A DNA stretch of 64,000 nt from a virus (IMGVR_UViG_3300009709_000003:1-64000); one strand, 5' to 3'; counted from the stretch's first letter, positions 28,998-38,714 are shown. The notes: a model not told the origin generated them from the sequence alone. Numbers and translations are program-made.

Positions 28998-31900
28998 AGT
29001 ATAAACCACCCCGAGCCGTTGCTTTGAATTGTAACCGATGTGTATTGACTAGAAATAATTTTGTTCGTGCTACCATCAATGGTGTCAGTACCATTGGGCT
29101 GTAATGTAACGGTATTGGTAGATGAGTCTATCTTTTTGAAATTAAGAATATGCCCCGGCACGCTCGATGCCGCTGGCAGATTTTCTACAGCAGCTCCAGC
29201 GGCCGCATTAACCAGAATGGTATAGTCAGTACTGAGTACTGTATATGTACCAGTTTGTGTGGATATGGCGTAAGAAACAGCGCCAGTGGTAGTACCAGAC
29301 ACGATCAAATTACCATTGATCGTAACGTTTCTTGTAAAATTAGCATTTTGCGTTGAATCAAAATTAACTGCTGGAGCACTGCCACTGTAAATTGTGGTAT
29401 GGTTTGCATCAACATTGCCGAATCCATACCCAGCGGGGCTAAGGTTATATATGCTACCTATAGCAACACCGCTACCACTGACCGAAAAAATACCGTGCGA
29501 AACCACACCACCACATGTAATGTTTGTGTATCCTCCGAGAGGAGTGGTCACAGCCAATCCGGTACCGAATGGCATGAGGTTAACTGAGTTAGCTCCTATA
29601 CCTATCTCAATTACACCATCACTAAAAACAACACCTTGTGCAGTACCAGCTATCGTATTTGTGTACAAAGTGTTACTTTCTTGCATCGTACCGCCAAATC
29701 TATAAATGTAGTTCCCGTTGACTGATGCGTTACCAGGAACAACCACATTAGTATTGGCGACACCCAACATAATTTGGTTGGAATTTGTACATACAGCACC
29801 AGGGCCTATAGCTGTTGAATTAGAATCACCACTTGGCACGTATGCTTGAAAACCTAAAGCTAAGGAGTAATTGCCTGCAGCATTAGCATTACCGCCAAGA
29901 GCTGTTGAGGCAGAAAGAGGTGCACTGGCTCCATATCCTATAGCTGTAGCTTCATTGCCTCCGGTGTAAGTAGAACTACCGATCGATGTACCTAGTGTAC
30001 CGGTTGCATTAGCATTAGCACCTATTGCAACAGCACCATTACCAACTGCCGCATTCAGACCGACAGCCACACTTTGGGCACCAGACACTGCAACTGCGCC
30101 GTTACCTATGACTATAACGTGGTCGATTGCGGCTGCAGAAGTGCTGGCATTCAAACCGATTACAATATTTCTAGTCTGCGTGCTAGTAGAATTGTCGGCT
30201 GACGATTGACCCATAACAATGGTAGGACCATTCGTGCTTGCATTTGTACTGAGATACAGCATTGATGCCATACCAGATGTGGTATTTACATCGAGAGACA
30301 TGCTGCCGGCAGTGTTAACAGAGATACCTGCCACATTGTTAATGTTAAAAGCTGGTGCTGTTACAGATCCATTAGTGGTAGTGGTATATGTGGCAGATGT
30401 TTGGGCACCAGTAATGGTCAACGAACCGGCCACAGTTAAGTTTTGATTCATGGCGACGTTTCCAGAGAACGTCGCTTTTTGGTTGGTGTCGATAGTGACA
30501 GCGATAGTGCCATTACTATCTAAATATAAGAAATTGCCGCCAGCGTGCATGCCAGAACAATTTATGTAGGCGTTTGAATTCGCATTTAGTTGGTTGCAAA
30601 TCTGGAATACTGGAGAGGTAGCACTACCACCATTATTTGCGTGGAATGGGCCTGCATGACCAGAATAGAAAAAGTCGCTAGAAAATCCGCTAGCGCTTGT
30701 AAAACTATTATCGCCGTTACGCAAGGATATCGTGCCACCGGTAAACCCAGTAACACCATTAGGATTAGCAGCGCTTCCAATTAGTCCCATATGGTTGGCG
30801 TCAATGCCACCAAATGCTAAAATACCTGAGTTAAAATTAGCTGGATCAGTGCCGATGCGGGCAGGCACCATTAACCCATATTCTGTTTCACCGTAGACGC
30901 CACTTTCCACATATTGAGAAATAGCAACTGCATCCGGATCTCCACTAACTCCCATATAGAGTGTGTTACCATTTGAAACCACATCAGAAGTTGTGAATGT
31001 ACCAGTAATGGAAAACGCACCAGGAATCACAACAATTTGTGATGCCGTTCCAAGAACAACTTGGTTAGAATTTGTACAAGTCGCACTTGCGCCGATAGCG
31101 GTTGAATTTGCAAAAGCGCAGGTGGTCTGTTCGCCTATGGCAGTAGCATTGCTTGCACTAGCCACTGCCGTGTATCCAAATGCGCTAGTTTGAGAGGAAG
31201 TAGCGCTGGCGTGAGATCCAACTGCAGTGCTGAATACACCGGATGCCGACCCCGCAACAGCAGTACTAGCACTACCAGTTGCGGACGCATTAGAACCAAG
31301 TGCGGTGGCACTACCGGAACCAGTGCCAATCGTACCAGCTGTGGCTCCAAATCCAATTGCGGTACAACTTTGCCCGTTAGTGACAGAAGCATTTGTGCCA
31401 AGCACTACGGCCGTATTAATTGTGTTGCTATTTGAAGTTGATGCATTCAAACCAATGACAATGTTGGCTGTTCCAGTGCCGATTGCATTATCTGCCGATG
31501 ACTGACCAATAACGATATTAGGACCGTTAGGGTCTAAGTTTGAAGACAAAGACAACATCGTTGGAAAATTAGTTGAATTCGCTGCCAACGCGATATTGCC
31601 TTGATTCTTAGAAAATACACCAGCATTGCCGTTGATGCTATATGCTGGACTTGATGCGGTACCAAGTGTATTGGCAGCATAGGTGGGGGCTGTCACTGTA
31701 CCAGTGATGGTTAAGTTCTGATTGACTGCCACATTCCCTACGAATGTTGCTTTTTGAGTTGCGTCTATGGTAACTGCCAACACACCGTTCGAATCTAAAC
31801 CCAGAACTCCCACAGTAGGCTCATGCATACCAACACAATTGATAAAAGCATTGCTGTTAGCGTTTAACTGATTACAAATCTGGAATACTGGAGAGGTAGC

Positions 31901-34870
31901 ACTGCCGCCATTGTTAGCGTGAAACGGACCAGCATGACCAGAATAGAAAAAGTCAGCAGAAAAACCAGTAGAACCGCTGAAACTATTGTCACCGTTGCGA
32001 AGTGCTAGGGTACCACCTGTAAAGCCAGTGATACCGTTTGGGTTAGCAGAACTACCTACTAATCCTAGATGGTTTGCATCAATGCCGCCAAAAGCTAGCA
32101 CACCGCTATCAAAATTAGCTGGGTCTGTACCAATACGAGCCGGCACCATCAAAGCGTATTCGGTTTCTCCAAACACTCCACTTTCTACATATTGCGAGAT
32201 CGCAACGGCGTCTGGGTCACCAGAAACACCCAAATAAAGGGTGTTGCCGTTTGAAACTACAGCAGAGGTAGAAAAACTACCTGTAATGGTCAACATCCCA
32301 CTTACATTAACGTTAGTGAAATTGCCGTTAGTCACAGATAACTGACCAGTTACGATTAAATTTTGGTTAACCGCAACGTTGCCAGAAAAATTGGCATTCG
32401 CGGCATTTGTGAGTCCAGTAACCACCAAACCTGGGAAAGCAGTTGCGTTCAGCGTGGCGGGGATGTCGTTGGCCACCAAAGTACGGAAAGAAGGTGTGCC
32501 AGAAGTGCCAGAAGCAGGGCCAAACAAACCAGTGTTCGCAGGTTGTGCAGGAATAGATAAGTCAGTAAAAGCAATTTGTTGAAAAGTTGGTGCGCCACCA
32601 CTGGTTTGCGCAAGATACATTGGTGTAGCAGTGGAATTCACAACTGTCTGCGAAATAGACGACATACTATTGGCGTAGAACACACCTTCTGCAGTAAAAC
32701 TAGTTAGACCCGTACCGCCTTGAGTAGTTGGCACGGTACCAGTGATTTGTGTAAAAGGCAATGACGGAATGTCGCTTGAAACCAGAGTACGATAGGAGGG
32801 TGTGCCTGGCCCAGTGGACGGACCGGCAAACACGGTATTTTGTGCGGCATTTGATAAAGTGAACGCCAGAGTACCAGATGAAGTGATAGGCGAGCCTGAC
32901 ACGGTCAAAAGCGATGATGGTACGGTAGCGGCAACAGAAGTAACAGTTCCAGAGACGGCTGGATTCGCATAAACAAGCGTGCCGCCCATATAAGTCAGAA
33001 CTTGGCCAGAAGTTGCACCAGTGGTAGAAATTTGCGATAGTGGAATCTGACCAGTCAAGAGAGTGACTGGTACTGAGCCAGAAGCCAACGTTCCAACACC
33101 AGTGATACCAGCATAAGAGCCACTTAGACGACTACTAGGGAGTGTCCCACTAGAGATATTGGATGCATTTGTGGTGTCTGTGGTTGCACTAGGTGCCAAC
33201 CCAGTAACCAGAGAGTTTGGTATGGACCCGGACACAAGCGTACCGACACCCGTAATACCGGCATACGTTCCTGTGACCAACGTCGAGGCAATAGTACCAG
33301 ATGTAATATTGCTTGCATTTGTTGTGTCAATCGTAGCGCTAGGTGCCAACCCAGTGATCTTAGAATATGAGAGATTTGGGATGTCTGTTGAAGTAAGAAT
33401 GCGGTACGTAGGCGCACCTGAACCACCAGTTGCAGGACCTGCAAACACAGTGTTCTGGGCAGCGTTAGCTAGAGTAAACACCAATGTACCAGAAGAGGTG
33501 ATCGGTGATCCAGAAATAGTGAGCAGTGTGGATGGCACAGAGGCAGCCACAGAAGTCACTGTACCATTAGTAGCGGGTGAAGCATACGTCAATGCACCAC
33601 CAGTGTATGTCAATATTTGACCATTTGTTGCACCAGTGGTCGAAATTTGCGTGAGAGGCAAAGAACCAGTCAACAATGACGTTGGAATTGATCCAGATAC
33701 AAGAGTGCCAACACCCGTAATACCAGCATATGTACCATTCAGTCTTCCACTTGGGAGTACACCAGACGTAATATTGCTCGCGTTTGTGGTGTCTGTGGTT
33801 GCGCTAGGTGCCAACCCTGTAACTAATGAAGATGGCACCGAACCGGATACAAGAGTGCCAACACCCGTAATACCAGCATACGTTCCATTTATTTGGTTTG
33901 ATGCAAGAGTGCCGGACGTAATATTGTTTGCATTGGTTGTGTCAATAACTGCACTTGGTGCCAAACCAGTGATTTTGGTGTAAGGTAACGACGGAATGTC
34001 CGTCGGAGTAAGTGCACGCAAAGATGCGCTGCCTGATGTTCCGTTCGGAGTAGCAAAAACTTGATTAGCTGTACCACTTGGTGGAGTAAAAGCCGCAGCT
34101 GGAGCCCAAGTGGTCCCATTCCAAGAAATAACCTGACCTGTAGTGGCGCTAGTTTGGTTAAGTTGAGACAGGTTTAACGACCCACGCAAATTTTGCAATG
34201 AATCGATATACATGCCTAAGATAACATTGCCATTCCAAACACCAGTTGTGACGGTTCCGATGTTCGTGCCACCAGTGTTGTTGAGAGTTACAGCACCGGA
34301 ATTGGGATCCATCGTCAAAAATGTTTGCCCGCTATTTACCTCTCCAATGTTTAGCATCCCAATAGAGGGGCCAGATGTAGAGATAGATATGGAATAATTA
34401 CGCGCTGTTCCAGTTTGTGCAGCAGTTGATACTAAGTGATAACTACCTGGACCAACATACACAGAAGCCCACCGAGCTGTACTCGTGCCCAAAGTGTAAG
34501 TATTGTCTACTGTTGGAGTGATATTTCCATTTGATTGAATCGAGCCGACAATCAGCACACCGCTTATATTGCCGTTGCCATTAACAGTGAGAGTGCTAGT
34601 GGGCGAAGACGTTCCTATGCCCAACATCTTGTTGACGTTGTCCCAATACAAACTAGCGTCACCAGAAAGTGCAGTTGCTGATGTCCAAAAAGTAACTTGA
34701 CCAGGTGCTCCGGTACCAGTTACGCCACTGTTAGGGTTGTTTGGATTAGTTCCGCCACCAGAAGAATCCTCGATAGGATCAAGAAGAGTTTGATTATTAG
34801 CCGTACCAGCATAAGAGATGCTAGATACAAAGAGGCTGCAAACTACGAATGGTAGAATTAAGGATTTCAT
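28994..34870 (-). CDS. Giant fibre/adhesin (1958 aa) with predicted Sec signal peptide and YadA-head (Hep/Hag)-like repeats
   Basis: MKSLILPFVVCSLFVSSISYA|G; many (S/A)TA(I/L)G-xx-A repeats; GTVTSV...SGSPITSSGTL shaft motifs; C-terminal LPAAS...KKIDSS...TIDG domain. Confidence 0.75.
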   Translation of the reverse strand: MKSLILPFVVCSLFVSSISYAGTANNQTLLDPIEDSSGGGTNPNNPNSGVTGTGAPGQVTFWTSATALSGDASLYWDNVNKMLGIGTSSPTSTLTVNGNGNISGVLIVGSIQSNGNITPTVDNTYTLGTSTARWASVYVGPGSYHLVSTAAQTGTARNYSISISTSGPSIGMLNIGEVNSGQTFLTMDPNSGAVTLNNTGGTNIGTVTTGVWNGNVILGMYIDSLQNLRGSLNLSQLNQTSATTGQVISWNGTTWAPAAAFTPPSGTANQVFATPNGTSGSASLRALTPTDIPSLPYTKITGLAPSAVIDTTNANNITSGTLASNQINGTYAGITGVGTLVSGSVPSSLVTGLAPSATTDTTNASNITSGVLPSGRLNGTYAGITGVGTLVSGSIPTSLLTGSLPLTQISTTGATNGQILTYTGGALTYASPATNGTVTSVAASVPSTLLTISGSPITSSGTLVFTLANAAQNTVFAGPATGGSGAPTYRILTSTDIPNLSYSKITGLAPSATIDTTNASNITSGTIASTLVTGTYAGITGVGTLVSGSIPNSLVTGLAPSATTDTTNASNISSGTLPSSRLSGSYAGITGVGTLASGSVPVTLLTGQIPLSQISTTGATSGQVLTYMGGTLVYANPAVSGTVTSVAATVPSSLLTVSGSPITSSGTLAFTLSNAAQNTVFAGPSTGPGTPSYRTLVSSDIPSLPFTQITGTVPTTQGGTGLTSFTAEGVFYANSMSSISQTVVNSTATPMYLAQTSGGAPTFQQIAFTDLSIPAQPANTGLFGPASGTSGTPSFRTLVANDIPATLNATAFPGLVVTGLTNAANANFSGNVAVNQNLIVTGQLSVTNGNFTNVNVSGMLTITGSFSTSAVVSNGNTLYLGVSGDPDAVAISQYVESGVFGETEYALMVPARIGTDPANFDSGVLAFGGIDANHLGLVGSSANPNGITGFTGGTLALRNGDNSFSGSTGFSADFFYSGHAGPFHANNGGSATSPVFQICNQLNANSNAFINCVGMHEPTVGVLGLDSNGVLAVTIDATQKATFVGNVAVNQNLTITGTVTAPTYAANTLGTASSPAYSINGNAGVFSKNQGNIALAANSTNFPTMLSLSSNLDPNGPNIVIGQSSADNAIGTGTANIVIGLNASTSNSNTINTAVVLGTNASVTNGQSCTAIGFGATAGTIGTGSGSATALGSNASATGSASTAVAGSASGVFSTAVGSHASATSSQTSAFGYTAVASASNATAIGEQTTCAFANSTAIGASATCTNSNQVVLGTASQIVVIPGAFSITGTFTTSDVVSNGNTLYMGVSGDPDAVAISQYVESGVYGETEYGLMVPARIGTDPANFNSGILAFGGIDANHMGLIGSAANPNGVTGFTGGTISLRNGDNSFTSASGFSSDFFYSGHAGPFHANNGGSATSPVFQICNQLNANSNAYINCSGMHAGGNFLYLDSNGTIAVTIDTNQKATFSGNVAMNQNLTVAGSLTITGAQTSATYTTTTNGSVTAPAFNINNVAGISVNTAGSMSLDVNTTSGMASMLYLSTNASTNGPTIVMGQSSADNSTSTQTRNIVIGLNASTSAAAIDHVIVIGNGAVAVSGAQSVAVGLNAAVGNGAVAIGANANATGTLGTSIGSSTYTGGNEATAIGYGASAPLSASTALGGNANAAGNYSLALGFQAYVPSGDSNSTAIGPGAVCTNSNQIMLGVANTNVVVPGNASVNGNYIYRFGGTMQESNTLYTNTIAGTAQGVVFSDGVIEIGIGANSVNLMPFGTGLAVTTPLGGYTNITCGGVVSHGIFSVSGSGVAIGSIYNLSPAGYGFGNVDANHTTIYSGSAPAVNFDSTQNANFTRNVTINGNLIVSGTTTGAVSYAISTQTGTYTVLSTDYTILVNAAAGAAVENLPAASSVPGHILNFKKIDSSTNTVTLQPNGTDTIDGSTNKIISSQYTSVTIQSNGSGWFIL
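29720..32260 (-). repeat. Tandem duplication of about 426 codons inside the fibre gene
   Basis: VVSNGNTLY(L/M)GVSGDPDAVAISQYVESGV(F/Y)GETEY...QICNQLNANSNA begins at 32260 and again at 30982 (1278 nt apart); the left end is approximate. Confidence 0.85.
33070..33970 (-). repeat. Four GLAPSA-x-x-DTTNA-x-NI-x-SG...YAGITGVGTL repeats
   Basis: Copies near 33956, 33806, 33341 and 33191: 150-nt spacing within pairs and 615 nt between pairs. Confidence 0.85.
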
Positions 34871-35334
34871 TGTGATTGGACCTGAACCATAGCTAATAGA
34901 GTAATAGTATCACCAGAAGAAGCACCTGGGGCAGACGCCGTACACTGGAATGCTTTATAATTCATACCAAGGTTTACTATGAAACTGGTGTTGCCGGATA
35001 CTGATTTGGTGTAAGTGTAGTCGCTTAGAGTTCCTACGCCGGAAGACAGCGCAATTGATTGAACTTTACCAAAAGTGACTCCATCCAAAGATCCGGAACA
35101 CGACAAATTCACGTTGGTAGCAGACGAGTGGAAATAAATAACCTGTAGAGTAAGTTTGGTGTACCCATCAGTAAGAAGGGGATTAGTGGTAAGCGAATTT
35201 GCGTTTCCGTTAAGAGGAGCGTTTTGTATGCCAGTAGGCAATAGTTGTTGATATGCGGCACCCCATGCGATAGATGGGGATAAGCACGCTACACAAAATA
35301 ATATGCGTAATACGGTATGCTTAAATGAAGTCAT
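34867..35334 (-). CDS. Small beta-sandwich protein with predicted Sec signal peptide
   Basis: MTSFKHTVLRILFCVACLSPSIAWG|A; SGSLDGVTF motif; ATGA-coupled to the fibre gene. Confidence 0.6.
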   Translation of the reverse strand: MTSFKHTVLRILFCVACLSPSIAWGAAYQQLLPTGIQNAPLNGNANSLTTNPLLTDGYTKLTLQVIYFHSSATNVNLSCSGSLDGVTFGKVQSIALSSGVGTLSDYTYTKSVSGNTSFIVNLGMNYKAFQCTASAPGASSGDTITLLAMVQVQSQ

Positions 35335-35352
35335 ACCGGTTATTAGATGAAG

Positions 35353-35376
35353 GGAGGGTATTAGTATTCTATTCTA
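35353..35376 (-). promoter_or_regulatory. Conserved upstream motif, copy B (TAGAATAGAATACTAATACCCTCC)
   Basis: 19/24 identical to 42069..42092, first 12 nt exact; both copies are intergenic upstream of structural genes. Confidence 0.55.
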
Positions 35377-35391
35377 TTATTTAGGTTATGC

Positions 35392-36306
35392 TTAAGCTTC
35401 AACGGTTTCAGTTGCTTCTTGAGCATCGACCAAGTCTTGGATCTTCTTCTTAGCTAGAGTCTTTGCAGACTTATAGTAACCTTGAGCACGCACACATTCC
35501 CAATCTTCGATCGCCATGTCTGGGATGTCTTCAAGTTCTTGAATCAACTGCATGGCCGGCATACGCTGCTCTTCAGGAAGTTCAGGGTTAACTTGTGCCA
35601 TCAAATGAAGCACGCGACCCTTAATGATCTCATCCATGGAAACTTCTTCTCCACGAACTCGATTACGTTCCCCAAAACGGGCTTCACCATTGGGACCCGA
35701 ACCATCAGACTCGACCACCCCTGGCAGGGGCTTTGGAACAGTAGAGGTAGTGAACGCGCCTTTATTGCTCAAGCGAGCACGTTGGTCTTCTGCAACCGAA
35801 ATAGCGGCATCAATATTGGGCTTACCGTCAGGAGTAGACAAACCTTTAGACACAGCCTTTTTCGTGAAATAGGCTACATACTCCTCGTCGTCCAACAACT
35901 GGAGAACCGGAGGACGACGAGCAAGCAACTTACGCAAGTCCATAGAACGCTTAATCACGTCAAATGGAAAATACTGAGTAAGATTGATCGGATCCCGCAT
36001 GTTAGGAAGCAAAAAAGGTTCGTGCATACCCTGCTCGATAGGGAACGACAGGGAAATTTGTGCTGAAGACAAGTTCTGAATGTAAACATTACGTTCAGTC
36101 TTAAAATACTCTGTGTGATTCAAAATAGCCATTGTTTTTTTCCTTTGTGGATTTTCTATAATATACGTCAACCGAATCGTAAACGGGTCTTTGGAATGGA
36201 TAGTTGCCTTATTCTCTTTTAAGAGTTTACGTGCTGCACTAGAATTCGTTCTTTCAAGGAACGTTCCCGCTGCATCCATTACAAGTACGTCTGAATTCTT
36301 AGACAT
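35392..36306 (-). CDS. PLMP(RRXRR N-terminal)-like domain fused to an uncharacterised phage protein
   Basis: aa 7-48 VLVMDAAGTFLERTNSSAARKLLKENKATIHSKDPFTIRLTY match the IscB/IsrB N-terminal pattern; no RuvC or HNH motifs; internal SD-led start at 36132 (MAILNH). Confidence 0.6.
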   Translation of the reverse strand: MSKNSDVLVMDAAGTFLERTNSSAARKLLKENKATIHSKDPFTIRLTYIIENPQRKKTMAILNHTEYFKTERNVYIQNLSSAQISLSFPIEQGMHEPFLLPNMRDPINLTQYFPFDVIKRSMDLRKLLARRPPVLQLLDDEEYVAYFTKKAVSKGLSTPDGKPNIDAAISVAEDQRARLSNKGAFTTSTVPKPLPGVVESDGSGPNGEARFGERNRVRGEEVSMDEIIKGRVLHLMAQVNPELPEEQRMPAMQLIQELEDIPDMAIEDWECVRAQGYYKSAKTLAKKKIQDLVDAQEATETVEA

Positions 36307-36430
36307 CTACTACAGATAGCCACTGTTTAGACCATGAAGGTCTGGGAGTTTCACCCTGACATACTTTAAGTGTTACCTCAAAGTAGTGTATTGTAGCACT
36401 TTCGTGCTCTCCCTAGCGAAATGCTAGGGG
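36307..36430 (-). ncRNA. Putative structured RNA / 5' leader (five hairpins and a closing stem)
   Basis: CCCTAGC-ATTTC-GCTAGGG; AGCAC-GAAA-GTGCT; TACTTTGAG-GTAACA-CTTAAAGTA; GGG-TGAAACT-CCC; AGACC-TTCAT-GGTCT; long-range pairing GCTACA.ATA.CACT with AGTG.TAT.TGTAGT. Confidence 0.5.
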
Positions 36431-36988
36431 TTATGGGCTAGTGTTGGGGGCGGTGTTGCGAGTAATATTCGCGTAGATAGTATCAATATCAGTAGCTAGA
36501 TGGCTGGTATATGCGATGCCGTGCTTCTCCATAAAGATCTGGAGAAGAGCGGATTTCTCATCGGAATCTTTAGTATCTGAATAGCGACCACGCTGGTCTA
36601 CTTCTGATACACGATGAATGAAATAATTGTGGTAAGTAACACCATACAGTTGTTGAACAATGCGCATATACTGCATAGGAAGGTCTTTGACCAATTGAAA
36701 ACTTTCTGGATTATACACTTGCTCATAAAAAGAACAGAGATAAATAGGACAGTCTGTAATAATAAAATCTACTTTCCCAAACAGAATACTCTCTTTGTGG
36801 CTCTGTTTGCCAAAGAAATAGATCTCATCAAGTGGTCCAGGCATAATGCCGCGATAAGCCCAAGACTTAACATATTCGTTCACAAGTTCTGCAGAGAACC
36901 CATTACTCTTAAGTTTGTGGAAAAGTCCGGCTGCAAGCGTGGATTTACCGGCACCAGCGGCACCAGCAAGATTGATAACAGTAGTCAT
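36431..36988 (-). CDS. P-loop kinase/ATPase (AAA_28/NadR-like)
   Basis: Walker A GAAGAGKST; EYVK; IITD-x-P; GR motif. Confidence 0.8.
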   Translation of the reverse strand: MTTVINLAGAAGAGKSTLAAGLFHKLKSNGFSAELVNEYVKSWAYRGIMPGPLDEIYFFGKQSHKESILFGKVDFIITDCPIYLCSFYEQVYNPESFQLVKDLPMQYMRIVQQLYGVTYHNYFIHRVSEVDQRGRYSDTKDSDEKSALLQIFMEKHGIAYTSHLATDIDTIYANITRNTAPNTSP

Positions 36989-37224
36989 TAATAATCCTTT
37001 TGTTTGTAAATTTCTTTATACTTCTGATCGAACAATTGCATTTGTAGGAGGTGTTTGGTCTGGAGCAGCTCGTGAATGGCAAACGCTACCCCTGGCAGGT
37101 GTGAAGCCGGGGTTAGGTCATGAATGGCTTTAGAAGTCACCGCAAGGGCCTTTTCGAGCATAACTGTGGAGTATCTATGGGTCTCTCTTTTCAAACCGGT
37201 CTTTATGTCGTAAATCTTAGCCAC
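36988..37224 (-). CDS. Hypothetical protein
   Basis: Overlapping operon packing. Confidence 0.5.
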   Translation of the reverse strand: MAKIYDIKTGLKRETHRYSTVMLEKALAVTSKAIHDLTPASHLPGVAFAIHELLQTKHLLQMQLFDQKYKEIYKQKDY

Positions 37225-38299
37225 GCATCACCATACGAGCTAAATCCATGGATGTAGGACGAGACAACGCGATTCCCATACCGTTGCAACACATCCCGAC
37301 ATAGACATTGGTTCGATGAGGCACTTTTTCAACTACGGGTCTACTATTCGGCGTAAATGCCATAATCCCCGACCACCCATAGTCAATTTCAATCTGTTCT
37401 TGTGTAATGTCAGACAATACAGAAAGTAAGTAATCCTTAATTTTATCTGTATTTTCAAATTCTAGAGTGTTCTCGGTGGAAAAACTCTGATTCCGACCAC
37501 CACCAATCAACACCCGATTCCCTATCACCGGTCTAAAATACACGTACCCTTTATCATAATGGGTAGGACAATACACTGGGTTCTGTTTCTTTAAAGGTTT
37601 TGTTACATAAACTTGACCACGCCCAGGCGTGATATTGCCATATTCAGGTAGCAGTTTGCTAGTAAAAGCGTTCGTACAAACAACCAGGTTATTGTATTCT
37701 AAGCGACGACCGTCTTTGAGTTCGACATTCCAGTCATGAATAGCTTTTACTTCTCCATCCAAGAAAGTGACGCTATTTAATTTACACGTTTTATGAAGGT
37801 GCTGTAGAACTTTCACAGGGTCTATCATGTGCTCAAATCGATTTTTGATATACTGGTACTTAAGGTTAAGACCTTTTGGAGCCGTAACGACAGTGTAGTA
37901 TCTCTCCATGTCGCGAGACTCAAGCTCCTTTGCATAATTCACACCACCAGGATCTGCACGTACAACTTCTAGACCTTCACGACAAGAAGGTATAATGCAG
38001 TACTTATCGTACTTATTATATTCATCGTAGAACAACCGAATTCCATCTAGTCGATTGGTAAGAATTTCTCTTGCCTTGCGTTTACCAAGAACTTTTTCGG
38101 TAGCAAGATATTCCTCAAAAGACCCGTAAGTAAGGAACCCAGCGTTGTTTGTAGACGCGCCCTTTAGGCCGTTATCAATCAAAAGTACACACTTACCATT
38201 AACCGCCAATTCCAGCGCGGTCATGCTACCAAGTAGCCCGGCACCGACAACAATGACGTCGTAGGCGTCTCGCTTCATTTGCCAATGTGATGTGTTCAT
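37217..38299 (-). CDS. FAD-dependent oxidoreductase (DAO/glycine oxidase family)
   Basis: DVIVVGAGLLG, GAST-x-NAG, RGQV, WSGIMAFT, C-x-G-x-G. Confidence 0.85.
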   Translation of the reverse strand: MNTSHWQMKRDAYDVIVVGAGLLGSMTALELAVNGKCVLLIDNGLKGASTNNAGFLTYGSFEEYLATEKVLGKRKAREILTNRLDGIRLFYDEYNKYDKYCIIPSCREGLEVVRADPGGVNYAKELESRDMERYYTVVTAPKGLNLKYQYIKNRFEHMIDPVKVLQHLHKTCKLNSVTFLDGEVKAIHDWNVELKDGRRLEYNNLVVCTNAFTSKLLPEYGNITPGRGQVYVTKPLKKQNPVYCPTHYDKGYVYFRPVIGNRVLIGGGRNQSFSTENTLEFENTDKIKDYLLSVLSDITQEQIEIDYGWSGIMAFTPNSRPVVEKVPHRTNVYVGMCCNGMGIALSRPTSMDLARMVMRG

Positions 38300-38300
38300 G

Positions 38301-38684
38301 TTAGTTTACCAAAGAATCGTCTACCTTGGTGTCTTCTTCATCGATGAGAAATTTGAACGTGACGGCTTCTGTAGCGAAAATCTTATCGTCCGGAATATGT
38401 TCCGCATCAAGAGCGTCGATAATCTTTACGTCGCCGTTAGCGTCCTCGACCAAGCAAACATAGTATTGGTCGTAGCCGTATTCAATACCGTCGTTAATTG
38501 TGTCGAGCATTTTATGTGCGATTTCCTCAAGCACACATGGCTCTTCATGTTGGTGATCGGCGTGTTCTTCTAGAACACGAACGGCCCAATTCTCAACAGC
38601 TGCCACTTTCTGTTGGGCTTCGTCGCGTTCAGCAAGAATGTCTTCGATGTCTGCGTCTGTGTAGTGCTTGTATTTTTCCAGCAT
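38301..38684 (-). CDS. Hypothetical acidic protein
   Basis: 127-aa ORF in the operon. Confidence 0.5.
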   Translation of the reverse strand: MLEKYKHYTDADIEDILAERDEAQQKVAAVENWAVRVLEEHADHQHEEPCVLEEIAHKMLDTINDGIEYGYDQYYVCLVEDANGDVKIIDALDAEHIPDDKIFATEAVTFKFLIDEEDTKVDDSLVN

Positions 38685-38714
38685 GCAGCGATATAAGGCA
38701 GGACGACAAACAGA

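Noticed and set aside
33070-33970. CRISPR array or DGR template/variable repeats
   Set aside because: Repeats are in-frame coding repeats with synonymous variation; no unique spacers, no adenine-specific pattern noticed, and no cas or reverse transcriptase gene in the window.
28994-34870. Classical trimeric autotransporter (YadA)
   Set aside because: Has a signal peptide and head repeats but no C-terminal beta-barrel anchor; ends in a phage-type fibre domain.
36307-36430. tRNA gene (cloverleaf-like multi-stem)
   Set aside because: No TTCRA T-loop, canonical D-loop or 7-bp acceptor stem/CCA.
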